Of a stretch of DNA of 64,000 nucleotides, positions 40,143 to 50,072 are shown one piece after another. Position numbers and translations under genes: made by a program. The notes beneath the pieces are model-generated. The model made no database searches, was not told the origin of the DNA, and saw only the letters and a list, made by a program, of their open reading frames with translations. Origin of the DNA: Candidatus Latescibacterota bacterium (GTDB lineage: Bacteria; Latescibacterota; UBA2968); NCBI GenBank assembly GCA_965198115.1, contig OZ240241.1, positions 5,536,001-5,600,000 on the forward strand, in the 5' to 3' direction. The first letter of the stretch is position 1, and every line of letters starts with the position of its first letter.

Positions 40143-41155
40143 CCCCGACTCGCCTCGATCAGCCCATCCAACTTCTCTCTTGCCGCGCCGGAATCGATCG
40201 TCTCCGCCGCCAGGGCCGCGCCCGTCTTCAGATCCTCGGCGACCCCGCCTGCAACGAGCGCGAACGCGGCGTTCAGCAGGACGATGTCTCTCCGCGGGCC
40301 CGTCTGGCCATCGAGGACGTCTCGCAGCAGCTTCGCATTCTCGTCGGGATCGCCCCCACTCAGATCTTCGCCCCGGGCGGCTTCGATACCCAGATCCTCG
40401 GGCGACACCTCGTAGGTCGTCACCGTGCCGTCCTTCAGCTCGCTCACACGCGTCGGGCCGGTCGTCGTCGCTTCGTCCAGTCCGTCGGACCCGTGCACGA
40501 CGAAGGCGTGTTCGGCGCCAAGCCCGCCCAGCACTTTCGCCAGGGGCTCCGTCAGATCGGGGCTGTAAACTCCGATGACCTGCCGCGTCGCCCCCGCCGG
40601 ATTCGTCAGCGGCCCGAGGGCGTTGAAAATCGTGCGCGCCCCGAGTTCGCGACGGGGGCCGATCGCGTGCTTCATCGCCCCGTGTAACGAGATCGCGAAA
40701 AGAAACCCGATCCCCACATCGTCCAGACAGCGACCGACCGTTTCCGGGTCGGCCTCGACGTCCACACCCAGCGCACTCAACACATCCGCGCTCCCGCACT
40801 GGCTCGACGCGGCTCGATTCCCGTGTTTGGCCACACAGAGTCCCGCCCCGGCGACGACGAACGCGCACGTCGTCGAGATGTTGAACGTACCCGAATGGTC
40901 CCCGCCGGTTCCGCACGTGTCGACGACGGGACGTCGATCGGTCTGTATCCGCGTCGCCTTGTCCCTCATCACCTCCGCGGCACCCGCGATCTCATCGACC
41001 GTCTCTCCCTTGATCCGCAACCCAACCAGGAAGCCACCGATCTGGGCGTCGGTCGCCTCACCCGACATGATCGCGTTCATCACCTCGACCATTTCGTCGC
41101 GCATCAGATCACGCCCCTCGATCACACGGGCGATCGCTCCTTGTATCGTCATCAT
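40139..41155 (-). CDS. trpD: Anthranilate phosphoribosyltransferase
   Basis: [42 protein letters not shown]. Confidence 0.95.
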   Translation of the reverse strand: MMTIQGAIARVIEGRDLMRDEMVEVMNAIMSGEATDAQIGGFLVGLRIKGETVDEIAGAAEVMRDKATRIQTDRRPVVDTCGTGGDHSGTFNISTTCAFVVAGAGLCVAKHGNRAASSQCGSADVLSALGVDVEADPETVGRCLDDVGIGFLFAISLHGAMKHAIGPRRELGARTIFNALGPLTNPAGATRQVIGVYSPDLTEPLAKVLGGLGAEHAFVVHGSDGLDEATTTGPTRVSELKDGTVTTYEVSPEDLGIEAARGEDLSGGDPDENAKLLRDVLDGQTGPRRDIVLLNAAFALVAGGVAEDLKTGAALAAETIDSGAAREKLDGLIEASRG

Positions 41156-41185
41156 CGGTCCTCGTCGTTCACGGAATCGCCGTCC

Positions 41186-41749
41186 TCACGCATCCAGGAA
41201 GTTCTGCAGCAAATCGTGGCCGGTCTTCGTCAGAATCGACTCAGGATGAAACTGAACCCCCTCCACGGGCATCGTCTTGTGTCTCAGACCCATGATCGTC
41301 CCATCGTCCGTCTCCGCCGAAACCTCCAGGCAGTCTGGCAGGCTCTCCCGTTCGACCATCAACGAGTGATAGCGCGTGGCCGTGAACGGCTGCGGTAACC
41401 CTTCGAACAGGGTCCTGCCGTCGTGCGAGATCTCCGACGTCTTACCGTGCATAATGGTCGGCGCGCCGACCACTATGCCTCCGAAGGCCTGACCGACCGA
41501 TTGATGTCCCAAACAGACACCCAGGATCGGGAGCTTCCCCGCGAACGCCTCGATCAGCGAGACCGAGATCCCCGCCTCGTTCGGCGTACACGGTCCCGGC
41601 GAAACGACGATGCGATCGGCCTCCAGCTCTTCGATCTCCTCGAGCGTCACACGATCGTTGCGTTTCACCTCCAGCGTCGCACCCAGTTCACCCAGATACT
41701 GTACGAGGTTGTAGGTAAACGAATCGTAGTTGTCGATCACCAGAATCAC
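41186..41749 (-). CDS. trpG: Anthranilate synthase component II (glutamine amidotransferase)
   Basis: [35 protein letters not shown]; GTGA overlap with the trpE stop. Confidence 0.93.
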   Translation of the reverse strand: MILVIDNYDSFTYNLVQYLGELGATLEVKRNDRVTLEEIEELEADRIVVSPGPCTPNEAGISVSLIEAFAGKLPILGVCLGHQSVGQAFGGIVVGAPTIMHGKTSEISHDGRTLFEGLPQPFTATRYHSLMVERESLPDCLEVSAETDDGTIMGLRHKTMPVEGVQFHPESILTKTGHDLLQNFLDA

Positions 41750-43266
41750 GACGACGCCCCTGCCGCAAACGCACCTCGTTCGGCCATCTCGACTGCGCGG
41801 AACTGGGCACGCGCCTTGTTTTCCGTTTCGGTGAACTCGTACTCGGGCTCCGAATCGAAAACGATCCCCCCACCCGCTTGAACGTAGGCCTTGTCGTTCT
41901 TGAGCACCATCGTCCGGATCGCAATGCACGTATCCATGTTGCCCGAGAAGTCGATGTAGCCTACGGCACCCGCGTAGGGGCCCCGTCGCGTGGGTTCGAG
42001 CTCGTCGATGATCTCCATCGCCCGAATCTTGGGCGCACCGGAGACCGTGCCCGCGGGGTAGCAGGCGAAAAGCGCATCGAGTGCGTCCACGTCGTCTCTT
42101 AACCGTCCTTCGACGTTCGAAACGATGTGCATCACGTGGGAATAGCGCTCGACGTTCATCTGCTCCGTCACCCGGACCGTATCGAAGGACGAAACCCGCC
42201 CGACGTCATTTCGGCCCAGGTCGACCAGCATGATGTGCTCGGCGCATTCCTTCTCGTCCCCCAGCAGTTCTTCGCCAAGCTCTCGATCCTCTTCATCGGT
42301 CCGTCCACGCCATCGTGTTCCTGCGATCGGCCTCACCTGCACCTTACGATCCTCGACACGAACCAGAAGCTCGGGAGAAGCTCCAACGAGCCTGCAGTCC
42401 CCCAGATCGACGTGGAACATGTAGGGCGAGGGATTGACGGTCCTGAGCATCCGGTAGATCGCGCTCGAATCGACCGTCACATCGGTCTCGAACCGTTGCG
42501 ACAGCACGACCTGAAAGATGTCCCCCGCCACGATGTAGTCGCGACACCGCTCCACCTTCTTCAAATAGTCGGCCTTTTCGGTGTTCGAACGAACGGCACA
42601 CGCGCTCGTGCCTCCACTCAATTGCGCTTGCAGTGGTTGGGCGAGCGCCTCCTCCAGGGTCGCGATCTTGTCCTTCGCAGCCTCGTACCCGTCCGAAACA
42701 CTCTCGCCTGTATGTACGTTGGTGATCAGGTGGATCACGTGCTCGACGTTGTCGAACGCGAGCAACGTGTCGAAAAACATCAGAACGATGTCGTCGAGTT
42801 TCAGATCGTCGGCCGTGTCGTCCGGGATGTCCTCCATCAGACGAATCGCGTCGTAGCCCACGTATCCGACGGCGCCGCCCGTGAATCGGGGCATCCCCTC
42901 CACGTGGGCCGAGCGATACGTTCCGAGCAATCTGCGCAGGGCCTCGATCGGATCCCCCTCGATCTCCGACCTCTCGCCCTTCCGAAGATCCTCGGTGCGG
43001 ATCCGCGTGCCGCGGCTGCGAAACACGAGAAAGGGCTCGACCCCCAGGAAGGAGTAACGACCGACCTTCTCACCACCCTCGACGCTCTCGAACAGGAACG
43101 AATGGGGCGCACGGGTCCGAATCTTCAGGTAGGCCGACAGGGGGGTTTCGAGATCGCCCAGGATGGTGCGGGAGACCGGGACCAGATCCGCCGTCGCTGC
43201 GAGGGTCTGGACCTCGTCGAGGGAGGGCTCAATCACGCTGAACTTCGCTTTCCGTTTGGTGGCCAA
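41746..43266 (-). CDS. trpE: Anthranilate synthase component I
   Basis: FLFES (Trp feedback site), [48 protein letters not shown]; start could instead be GTG at 43236. Confidence 0.94.
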   Translation of the reverse strand: MATKRKAKFSVIEPSLDEVQTLAATADLVPVSRTILGDLETPLSAYLKIRTRAPHSFLFESVEGGEKVGRYSFLGVEPFLVFRSRGTRIRTEDLRKGERSEIEGDPIEALRRLLGTYRSAHVEGMPRFTGGAVGYVGYDAIRLMEDIPDDTADDLKLDDIVLMFFDTLLAFDNVEHVIHLITNVHTGESVSDGYEAAKDKIATLEEALAQPLQAQLSGGTSACAVRSNTEKADYLKKVERCRDYIVAGDIFQVVLSQRFETDVTVDSSAIYRMLRTVNPSPYMFHVDLGDCRLVGASPELLVRVEDRKVQVRPIAGTRWRGRTDEEDRELGEELLGDEKECAEHIMLVDLGRNDVGRVSSFDTVRVTEQMNVERYSHVMHIVSNVEGRLRDDVDALDALFACYPAGTVSGAPKIRAMEIIDELEPTRRGPYAGAVGYIDFSGNMDTCIAIRTMVLKNDKAYVQAGGGIVFDSEPEYEFTETENKARAQFRAVEMAERGAFAAGASS

Positions 43267-43275
43267 AAGCTTTGT

Positions 43276-43303
43276 AATATGCTGTTTATCAGGTATTTGT
43301 CAA
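43276..43303 (-). promoter_or_regulatory. Candidate internal sigma70 promoter downstream of the attenuator
   Basis: Minus strand TTGACA (43303-43298)-N16-CATATT (43281-43276). Confidence 0.45.
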
Positions 43304-43340
43304 GGTTGACCCGGGCACTGGACAGGGCGCTTTTCGGCAC

Positions 43341-43369
43341 AAAAAAAGCTGTGAGCCGAAGCCCACAGC
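43341..43369 (-). terminator. Rho-independent attenuator terminator
   Basis: GCUGUGGGC-UUCG-GCUCACAGC-U7: 9-bp stem with cUUCGg tetraloop, between leader ORF and trpE. Confidence 0.88.
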
Positions 43370-43396
43370 CTAAGAATCCTGTTTTGATCGATCGAC

Positions 43397-43489
43397 TCAG
43401 ACGAATGGGCACACGGAGAGCGGAATCGCGAACCAATAGAAGGCGCGGCGGGAAAAATACCGGTCGTATCGTGTGTTCTGAGTCTTCAT
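43397..43489 (-). CDS. Aromatic-rich attenuation leader peptide (30 aa)
   Basis: MKTQNTRYDRYFSRRAFYWFAIPLSVCPFV*; 8 of 30 residues aromatic; AGGA upstream; lies between promoter and terminator. Confidence 0.78.
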   Translation of the reverse strand: MKTQNTRYDRYFSRRAFYWFAIPLSVCPFV

Positions 43490-43515
43490 AGGGTCATCGT
43501 CCTGCGACGGCGAAA

Positions 43516-43544
43516 ACAGTAGCAAAACGGGCACGTCGTGTCAA
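43516..43544 (-). promoter_or_regulatory. Sigma70-type promoter of the trp/aro leader
   Basis: TTGACA (43544-43539)-N17-TACTGT (43521-43516) with extended -10 TGn. Confidence 0.75.
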
Positions 43545-43549
43545 GTCGA

Positions 43550-44278
43550 TTACTCAGCGTGCCCGTCGATCGTGCCGACCTCGATCTTCAGGTCCTCGCG
43601 ATTGATGATCCGGTCGACCTGGCCATCCCGAACCCAAACCACGCGGTCGGACACGGACAGCATTTTGTGGTCGTGTGTCGCCGATATGACGGTCACACCC
43701 GATTCCTTGTTCATCAACCTCAGGAGCTCGATGATCTCCGTTCCCGTGTTCAGATCCAGGTTGCCCGTCGGCTCGTCCGCGAGAATGATCGCCGGATCGT
43801 TCGCAAAGGCCCGTGCAACGGCCACGCGCTGCTGCTGCCCACCCGAAAGCTCATACGGCTTGTGCGAGATCCGCTCGGCCAGACCGACCTTCGTCAACAG
43901 GTCGACCCCCTTGTCCCGCGCCTCGTCGCTCGTCAGACCTGCGAAAACCATGGGGAGCGTCACGTTCTCTAGCGCGGTCATAACGGGGATCAGGTTGAAC
44001 GACTGAAAGATGTAGCCGATCTTCCGACACCGCAGCCAGGCCAGTTCGTAGGCGTCCAGTTGCGCAACGTCGACATCGTCGATGTAGACCTTGCCCTCAG
44101 TAGGCTTGTCGAGCCCGCCGATCATGTTGAACAGCGTGCTCTTCCCCGACCCCGACGGCCCCATGATCGAGAGATACTCTCCCTGTTCGACTTCCAGATC
44201 CACGCCCTTGAGGGCCTGGAGACTGAAATCGCCCATCTCGTAAACCTTCTTGACCTGCTGCGTGCGGACGACCGCCAT
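43550..44278 (-). CDS. ABC transporter ATP-binding protein (LolD/MacB-like)
   Basis: GPSGSGKST, IGYIFQSFNL, LSGGQQQRVAVARA, ILADEPTGNLD. Confidence 0.93.
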   Translation of the reverse strand: MAVVRTQQVKKVYEMGDFSLQALKGVDLEVEQGEYLSIMGPSGSGKSTLFNMIGGLDKPTEGKVYIDDVDVAQLDAYELAWLRCRKIGYIFQSFNLIPVMTALENVTLPMVFAGLTSDEARDKGVDLLTKVGLAERISHKPYELSGGQQQRVAVARAFANDPAIILADEPTGNLDLNTGTEIIELLRLMNKESGVTVISATHDHKMLSVSDRVVWVRDGQVDRIINREDLKIEVGTIDGHAE

Positions 44279-44335
44279 ACGGGTTCTCTCCTCGATGACG
44301 AAAAATGTCAGCGTTTTCAGATCAGACGAACGACG

Positions 44336-45019
44336 TCACACTTCCAGTCGCATTGCGTCAACGGGTTCCATCTTGGCTGCGCGGTAGGCCGGAATGATTC
44401 CACCGAGCAGCGACAGGATCGACCCGATCACGATGGCCAGAACCGAGCTCTCCAGGACCGAACTCCACGGCATGTGGGTCAAGGTGGCCGTTCCAAAGCT
44501 GATCATCGTCAACAGAATCGTCAGCGCCAGCCCGATCAGGGTGCCCAGAATCGTGCCCGCCGTCCCCATGAACGAAGACTCCAGGAGGAAGAGCTTGATG
44601 ATGAACCCGTCGAGGGCGCCCATACACTTCATCGTGCCGATTTCGCGAAACCGCTCCGTGACCGACATGAGCATCGCGTTCGTAATGCCTACCAGACACA
44701 CGAGCAGGGACAACACCACCAGCCACGCATTCTTGGACGCTTCCTGCACGGAAGCCGCGCTGTCGGGGTCCGTATCGATGCCTTTTTGCTGAAGGATCAG
44801 GTCCAGCTCGGGGTCGCCGGCCAACTTGATCCCGTTGATGATGTCGGAGTTGACCCAGATCGACATCAGAAAGGCGATAGCCAGTACGATACCGCTCACC
44901 GTGATCAGCGATCGGCCGAATCGGATCTTCACACTGTTGAAGCTGATCTCGACTGCCTTGGACAGCGGCAGGTTGACCTGGGTACCGATGCTGCGGGACC
45001 CATCCTGGTGTTCTGCCAT
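44336..45019 (-). CDS. ABC transporter permease (FtsX-like)
   Basis: GITNAMLMSVTERFREIGTMKCMGA, FLLES, PAYRAAKMEPVDAMR. Confidence 0.9.
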   Translation of the reverse strand: MAEHQDGSRSIGTQVNLPLSKAVEISFNSVKIRFGRSLITVSGIVLAIAFLMSIWVNSDIINGIKLAGDPELDLILQQKGIDTDPDSAASVQEASKNAWLVVLSLLVCLVGITNAMLMSVTERFREIGTMKCMGALDGFIIKLFLLESSFMGTAGTILGTLIGLALTILLTMISFGTATLTHMPWSSVLESSVLAIVIGSILSLLGGIIPAYRAAKMEPVDAMRLEV

Positions 45020-45050
45020 TCCACCTCCAAATTAGTGGCTCGGTGTCGGG

Positions 45051-46691
45051 CTATCGGACGTTCTCGAACACACGATCCCCATCGGTCGCCCGACGTCGAG
45101 ACCCATGGAAAGCCCTACTGTCCAGAAGAGCAAGCGCTTTATCGAACAGGGTAACCGACCTCTGAATCACGGGGTCGTCTTCCACGGCGACGCGTCCGGC
45201 CGCCGCCGTCCCCCATCGGATCTGAGCAATCTGACGCCGCAACCGACGTTTCACGAAATCGGCGTGCTTCTTGAGCGCCTGGGACTCGTCGGTCCCGAAC
45301 TCCGAATCCTGCGCCTGGAGGAACTTTCGAAACTTGGACAGCTCCCTGCGACCGGGCGTGAAACCGTCGAAGTAGCTGTCGAAATCCACGTGGGACCTCG
45401 TCAGTTCCTGTCCGTGGTTCTTGGCGAACGTCAGGACCATCGATTCGGCGATCAGGTGACGCTCGAACGCACTCAGCGAATCGGGTCTGAGCTGGACGTC
45501 GGGCGTGATGCCACCGCTCCCGTAGACCTCGCGCGCGAGAATCTCCGTGTAGTAAATCGGCTTCTGGATCGTCCCGTCTGCGTTCGGGTCGTAGTCATCG
45601 TGCGCGGCCTCGAGGTAGGCCAGTCGATCGTCCGAATAGGGGCGCTGGATCGGCCGGCCGCTCGGCGTAAAATAACTCGCCACGGTCAGCAGGACGGCTC
45701 CGCCGTTCTGAAGTCCGTACTGCTTCTGCACCAGGCCCTTCCCGAACGTCGTGTGGCCGACGATCAGACCTCGATCGTAGTCCTGCACGGCCCCTGCCAC
45801 GATCTCCGACGCGCTCGCACTCCGGCTGTTCACCAGAACGATGATCGGAATCGCCTCGGCGACGATGGGCTCGGTCCTCGAAAAGTGGTCTTCGCGTGAT
45901 CCACGCCGACGGCCTTCCGTATAGACCACCAACCTGCCCGGGTCCAGCAACTGATCCGAAACGGCCACCGCCTGCTCGAGGTAGCCGCCCCCGTTGTTCT
46001 GGAGGTCGAAGATCAGTTTCTCCATTCCCTGCGTGCCCAGGTTTTCCAACGCAGCCTTCAGTTCGTTGCTCGTACGCCCCGAGAAGCGGTCGATCTTCAC
46101 GTAGCCGATGGTCTTGGAGATCATGAAAGCATACCGGACGCTCGGGACGCGGATCTTGTCCCGCTCGATATCGAATTCGAGAAGGACATCGACCCCTTCC
46201 CGCTGGACCGACACGTGAACCGTCGTGCCTTTGGGGCCTTTCAACCGACCTTCGACCTCTGCGATCTTGATCCCGACGGACGATTTCCCGTCGATCTTGA
46301 TGATGCGATCTCCCGGCAACAACCCGACCTCCGAAGCGGGAGACCCCTCGATCGGCGAGAGAACGGTCAGGAAACCTTCGATGATCTCGAAATAGATTCC
46401 GATCCCCTCGAACGCCCCCTCCAGACGCTCCTGCATCTGGCGAAAGTCCTCGGCGCTGATGTAGGTTGAATGCGGGTCCAGACGTGACAGATATCCCTCG
46501 ATCGCCCCGTCGTAGAGCTTCGTCTGGTCCACGTCCTGGTAGTAGTAGCGGCGGACGAGGTCGTTCAGTTCTCCAAAAGCCTGGGCCTGATCGACGATCG
46601 TCGGACGGCGAGCGTCCTGAGCGTCGCCCCGTGACGGAGCGCAGATCAGAATCGCCAAAAGCCATAGAAAATGTGGGAAGAAACGTCGCAT
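45051..46691 (-). CDS. S41 family carboxy-terminal processing protease
   Basis: Signal peptide MRRFFPHFLWLL; LDPHSTY, FEGIGI (PDZ), DLQNNGGG, SASASEIVAGAVQD, TFGKGLVQ, GITPDV. Confidence 0.92.
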   Translation of the reverse strand: MRRFFPHFLWLLAILICAPSRGDAQDARRPTIVDQAQAFGELNDLVRRYYYQDVDQTKLYDGAIEGYLSRLDPHSTYISAEDFRQMQERLEGAFEGIGIYFEIIEGFLTVLSPIEGSPASEVGLLPGDRIIKIDGKSSVGIKIAEVEGRLKGPKGTTVHVSVQREGVDVLLEFDIERDKIRVPSVRYAFMISKTIGYVKIDRFSGRTSNELKAALENLGTQGMEKLIFDLQNNGGGYLEQAVAVSDQLLDPGRLVVYTEGRRRGSREDHFSRTEPIVAEAIPIIVLVNSRSASASEIVAGAVQDYDRGLIVGHTTFGKGLVQKQYGLQNGGAVLLTVASYFTPSGRPIQRPYSDDRLAYLEAAHDDYDPNADGTIQKPIYYTEILAREVYGSGGITPDVQLRPDSLSAFERHLIAESMVLTFAKNHGQELTRSHVDFDSYFDGFTPGRRELSKFRKFLQAQDSEFGTDESQALKKHADFVKRRLRRQIAQIRWGTAAAGRVAVEDDPVIQRSVTLFDKALALLDSRAFHGSRRRATDGDRVFENVR

Positions 46692-46756
46692 CTTTGAACC
46701 TGAAAAATCGTGTAAGTGGCTGAATCGTTGAAACTTAACGGGGCTCTTCATTCCTG

Positions 46757-47653
46757 TCAAGCACCGTGATTCTGAGTGCGCACGTCCTGCCGGAAGGCCT
46801 CGAGATTCTGACGAAACGACTGTCGGCCAAGGCTCAGCAGTGCCTCGATCCGGTCCGTCCGCAACCCCGCCCTCAAGGGCCGCCGGGCCTTCTGCCCCAG
46901 CTCGGCGCTCGTCACCGACTCGACACGGTCTACGCCGAGCCCGAAGACCTCGCACAGCGATTCGACCATCTTAAACCGTGTCAAGTAGTCGCTCCCGGCG
47001 ACGTGGTAAATGCCGCTGGCTCGCTCGTCGATCAGTCCCCTGATCGACGTCACCAGCTCCGGGAGATACGTCGGGTTCGACCATTCATCCGTCACGACCC
47101 GAATCGTCTCACCGGCCTCGAGAGCCGCCAACGCCCACGTCACGAAGTTGGGTCGGGCGTGTGGGTGATAGCCGTAGAGCACGGCTGTCCTGACGACACA
47201 CGCATCGGACACCGACAGCGCCCGTTCTTCCCCCTCCAGCTTCGTCCGGCCGTAGACGCTCAGCGGGTTGGCGGCATCCTCCTCGCCGTAGGGACCCTCT
47301 TCTCCGTCGAAAACGTAGTTGGTCGACAGCTGAATCAGACGGATGGCTCGATCGCCGCACGCGCGTGCAAGTTCCTCGACGGCATCGACGTGCACGCGTC
47401 GAGCGGCCTCGGGATCCGATTCGCACCCGTCGACACTCGTCACTGCGGCCGCGTTGACCACCCAGTCGGGCTGCGTCCGGTCGAGGGTGTGCGCCAAACG
47501 CGCCGTGTCCTCCAGATCCAGCTGGATCCAACCTTCTTCGGCCGGCGGATGCCGGGCGGCGGGCAACATCTCTTCCCCGGAGTCGACCAGACCTCGCCCG
47601 AGAAAGCCCGTCGCTCCGATCACCAAAACACGAGGTCGCTCAGTCGGCGTCAC
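46757..47653 (-). CDS. rfbD: dTDP-4-dehydrorhamnose reductase family SDR
   Basis: GATGFLG, NAAAVTSVDGCE, STNYVFDG, YGRTK (YxxxK). Confidence 0.8.
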   Translation of the reverse strand: MTPTERPRVLVIGATGFLGRGLVDSGEEMLPAARHPPAEEGWIQLDLEDTARLAHTLDRTQPDWVVNAAAVTSVDGCESDPEAARRVHVDAVEELARACGDRAIRLIQLSTNYVFDGEEGPYGEEDAANPLSVYGRTKLEGEERALSVSDACVVRTAVLYGYHPHARPNFVTWALAALEAGETIRVVTDEWSNPTYLPELVTSIRGLIDERASGIYHVAGSDYLTRFKMVESLCEVFGLGVDRVESVTSAELGQKARRPLRAGLRTDRIEALLSLGRQSFRQNLEAFRQDVRTQNHGA

Positions 47654-49137
47654 GGCCCTGTCTCGACATACTTCAAAAGGGCACGGCCGAGTGTTCCGGC
47701 ACCCGCTGCCTGCGAATAGGTTCGCGGGATCCACCTGGCCAGAATCTGCTTCGCCCGATTCCGATGAACGTCTTTGCCCGTCAGAACCCCGAGCCGCACG
47801 AAGACCTCGGCCAGGACGGCAATCGCACCTGGCTCGTGACGGTCAATCGCGGTCTGGTCGTCCTGAACTCGAACTTCGCCCTCCGATTTCGACATCGGTG
47901 CCACGAAAACCTCCCACGCACGACTCGCGATACGTTCGGAAGCGGCCAGATGGCCGGCCGACGACTCCAAATCGTGAGCGTCGAGCAGCGCTCGTGCCGT
48001 CAATGCCGCGTCGGCCAGACGATCCTCCCTCCCGATCGGAGCGCCCCTGTCATCGTAGAGTCCCATCAGACGATCTAGGATCGAGCGCCATCGGTCCGAT
48101 ACACGCACGCCGACCCGGCGGGCAGCGATCGCCGCCGAGACCGCCTGGGCATTCCAACGAGCGATCCAGCGGGCGTCGAGGGGGCGTGTGCCGTCGCCAT
48201 AGAGAGCAGGAGCGAACAGACTATCCGGCGTCACGAAACCGGCCAATCCGGCCGCGTAAAACGGTCCTTCGTCATCCTCCACGCCCAGCGTCGCATCCAG
48301 ACCGTCGGCGAGCCGTTGGGCGTGGCCGCGCCAGACGTCATCGCCCGTTTCCATGGCCAGACCCGCTGCCGCCCCGAGCAGACCGGCGTTGTGCGACAGG
48401 GTGACCTCCTCATCCCGCAGGTTGCCATCGGACGTGAGCCGAGCGTGAACGAACAGGCCATCCGGATTCTGCAGAACCCCGTCGAACAGGCGCACGATCG
48501 CCAAACTGTCCAGACGCCCTGCGTCGGACAACAGGAGCAGCGCCTCCGCCGACAGGCCCTGAGTCGTCTGCCCGGCGACGCTGTCGACAAAAGCCTCGAG
48601 CGACACGCTCCCCGGCGTCTCGAACCCCTCGGGTTCCACCTTTCTGCGCGCGTCGAGACGCACGCGGTTGCGTTCCACGTCGTCCAGACGCCCGGGTATG
48701 TCGTAAATCGTGTGCACCCGTCGCATCAGACGCTCGAGATCGTCGGCCTCGATGTAGCGAGTACCGGTCAGCCATCCCTTTTGCGGATCGATCACGCTCA
48801 GGCTCGGCCACCCCCCCAGACCGTAGCGTTCGAAAAGATCGGGCCGGGTGTCGGATTCGACCGCGACGGGAAAGACGACGCGCGCAATCTCGCGCACGAT
48901 CAGGGGGTCTTCCAACACCCTACGGGCAAACCGCTGGCACCAATAGGACCGCCGGTTGTAGTGATACAGCAGGATCGGTTTGCCCGACGCGTCGCCCCGT
49001 TCGTCCCAACGGCGCCAGGCCACGGACCCCAGGGGGAGGACATCCAGGCGAACCCGATCGACCTTCGGAGCGGGGGGTTCCCCACAGAAAGACAGCGCCC
49101 ACACAAGCCCACATCCCACGATCAGACGGGGGGCCAT
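47650..49137 (-). CDS. DUF255/YyaL-like thioredoxin-domain protein (divergent, exported)
   Basis: VAWRRW..GKPILL..YWC, RPDL..RY..GGWPS followed by a helical region; N-terminal signal-like segment. Confidence 0.6.
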   Translation of the reverse strand: MAPRLIVGCGLVWALSFCGEPPAPKVDRVRLDVLPLGSVAWRRWDERGDASGKPILLYHYNRRSYWCQRFARRVLEDPLIVREIARVVFPVAVESDTRPDLFERYGLGGWPSLSVIDPQKGWLTGTRYIEADDLERLMRRVHTIYDIPGRLDDVERNRVRLDARRKVEPEGFETPGSVSLEAFVDSVAGQTTQGLSAEALLLLSDAGRLDSLAIVRLFDGVLQNPDGLFVHARLTSDGNLRDEEVTLSHNAGLLGAAAGLAMETGDDVWRGHAQRLADGLDATLGVEDDEGPFYAAGLAGFVTPDSLFAPALYGDGTRPLDARWIARWNAQAVSAAIAARRVGVRVSDRWRSILDRLMGLYDDRGAPIGREDRLADAALTARALLDAHDLESSAGHLAASERIASRAWEVFVAPMSKSEGEVRVQDDQTAIDRHEPGAIAVLAEVFVRLGVLTGKDVHRNRAKQILARWIPRTYSQAAGAGTLGRALLKYVETGP

Positions 49138-49361
49138 TTTTCGAAAGTACGCGAAAACGGCCGCCGGTGGTCTGAACCGAATCCGGCGGCCGATGGAACG
49201 ACGCTCGAACGGTGGAACCTGTAGGCCGCAGCGTCGTTTACAACCTATGGCCTGTTTCGGGAGGGGGGGTCTCCAGACCCCGATTTCCCAGAAAAATCTT
49301 GACACTTATTTACCCGGGGTCATACATTTTTTGCTGTTTGACCGGCAGGTTTTGCCGATGG

Positions 49362-49628
49362 TTAGGACGACGGGGTGATTCCGTCTAACGATATGGCTTC
49401 GTCGATGAGCATGATGGGGATTTCGTCCTCGATCGGGTAAAGATACTTCCCGTCTTCGCGGATCAGACCCCCGTCGATTTTCTTCTCAACGGCGTTTCCA
49501 GCCCGGTTTTGAAGCGATCCGGCCTCGATTCTCCGGTTGATCTCCTCGATCACGCTGGCGTCAGCCAGTTTGACGGGCGTTTTGTCCTCCGGACAGGCCA
49601 GAATGTCGAGTAGTTCCTGGTCGATCAT
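49362..49628 (-). CDS. Trm112 family protein
   Basis: MIDQELLDILACPEDK...YPIEDEIPIMLIDEA. Confidence 0.88.
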   Translation of the reverse strand: MIDQELLDILACPEDKTPVKLADASVIEEINRRIEAGSLQNRAGNAVEKKIDGGLIREDGKYLYPIEDEIPIMLIDEAISLDGITPSS

Positions 49629-50072
49629 CGGTTCGAACCCCTGTTGGAACGGCGTTTGCGTAGTCTTCGAGCACGTCGATCGCAGCAAATATAGCACAAG
49701 ACGGTTCCACCGGACAACATCCGTTCCTCACCTCTAAAGGACAGCGCCTATCGTCACTCGCTAACGGGTTTGGCTTCATCGTTTCATAAGACGTTCGGAA
49801 GTTTAGCCGGATTCACCTTTGCGTTTCGGGGCGCACCATCACTGTGGGCCCGTCCCGGCTGAACGATCGCACAGCCAGAACCTTAGGGAGTGTAGGTGGC
49901 TTCCCCACAGATCCTCCGGGCTGTAGGGTGACCCCACACAGTCGGAAACTCGCGGTTTCATCGCGCTCTAGCCAAACCACCTCTGGTTCATCGGTTCTGC
50001 ATCGTCATCCAAGTCGAGCTTAAACTACGGCATCGCTCAATGCCGTCGTGATTCATTTGGAGGAGTAGAGCT

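Noticed and set aside
40143-40916. Apparent 523-aa TrpC fusion
   Set aside because: The extension overlaps trpD in another frame; the real start is 40142.
43486-43497. Mini-ORF ATG ACC CTA TGA overlapping the leader start
   Set aside because: Only 2 nt from the AGGA motif, so poorly placed for initiation. A role is not excluded but is unsupported.
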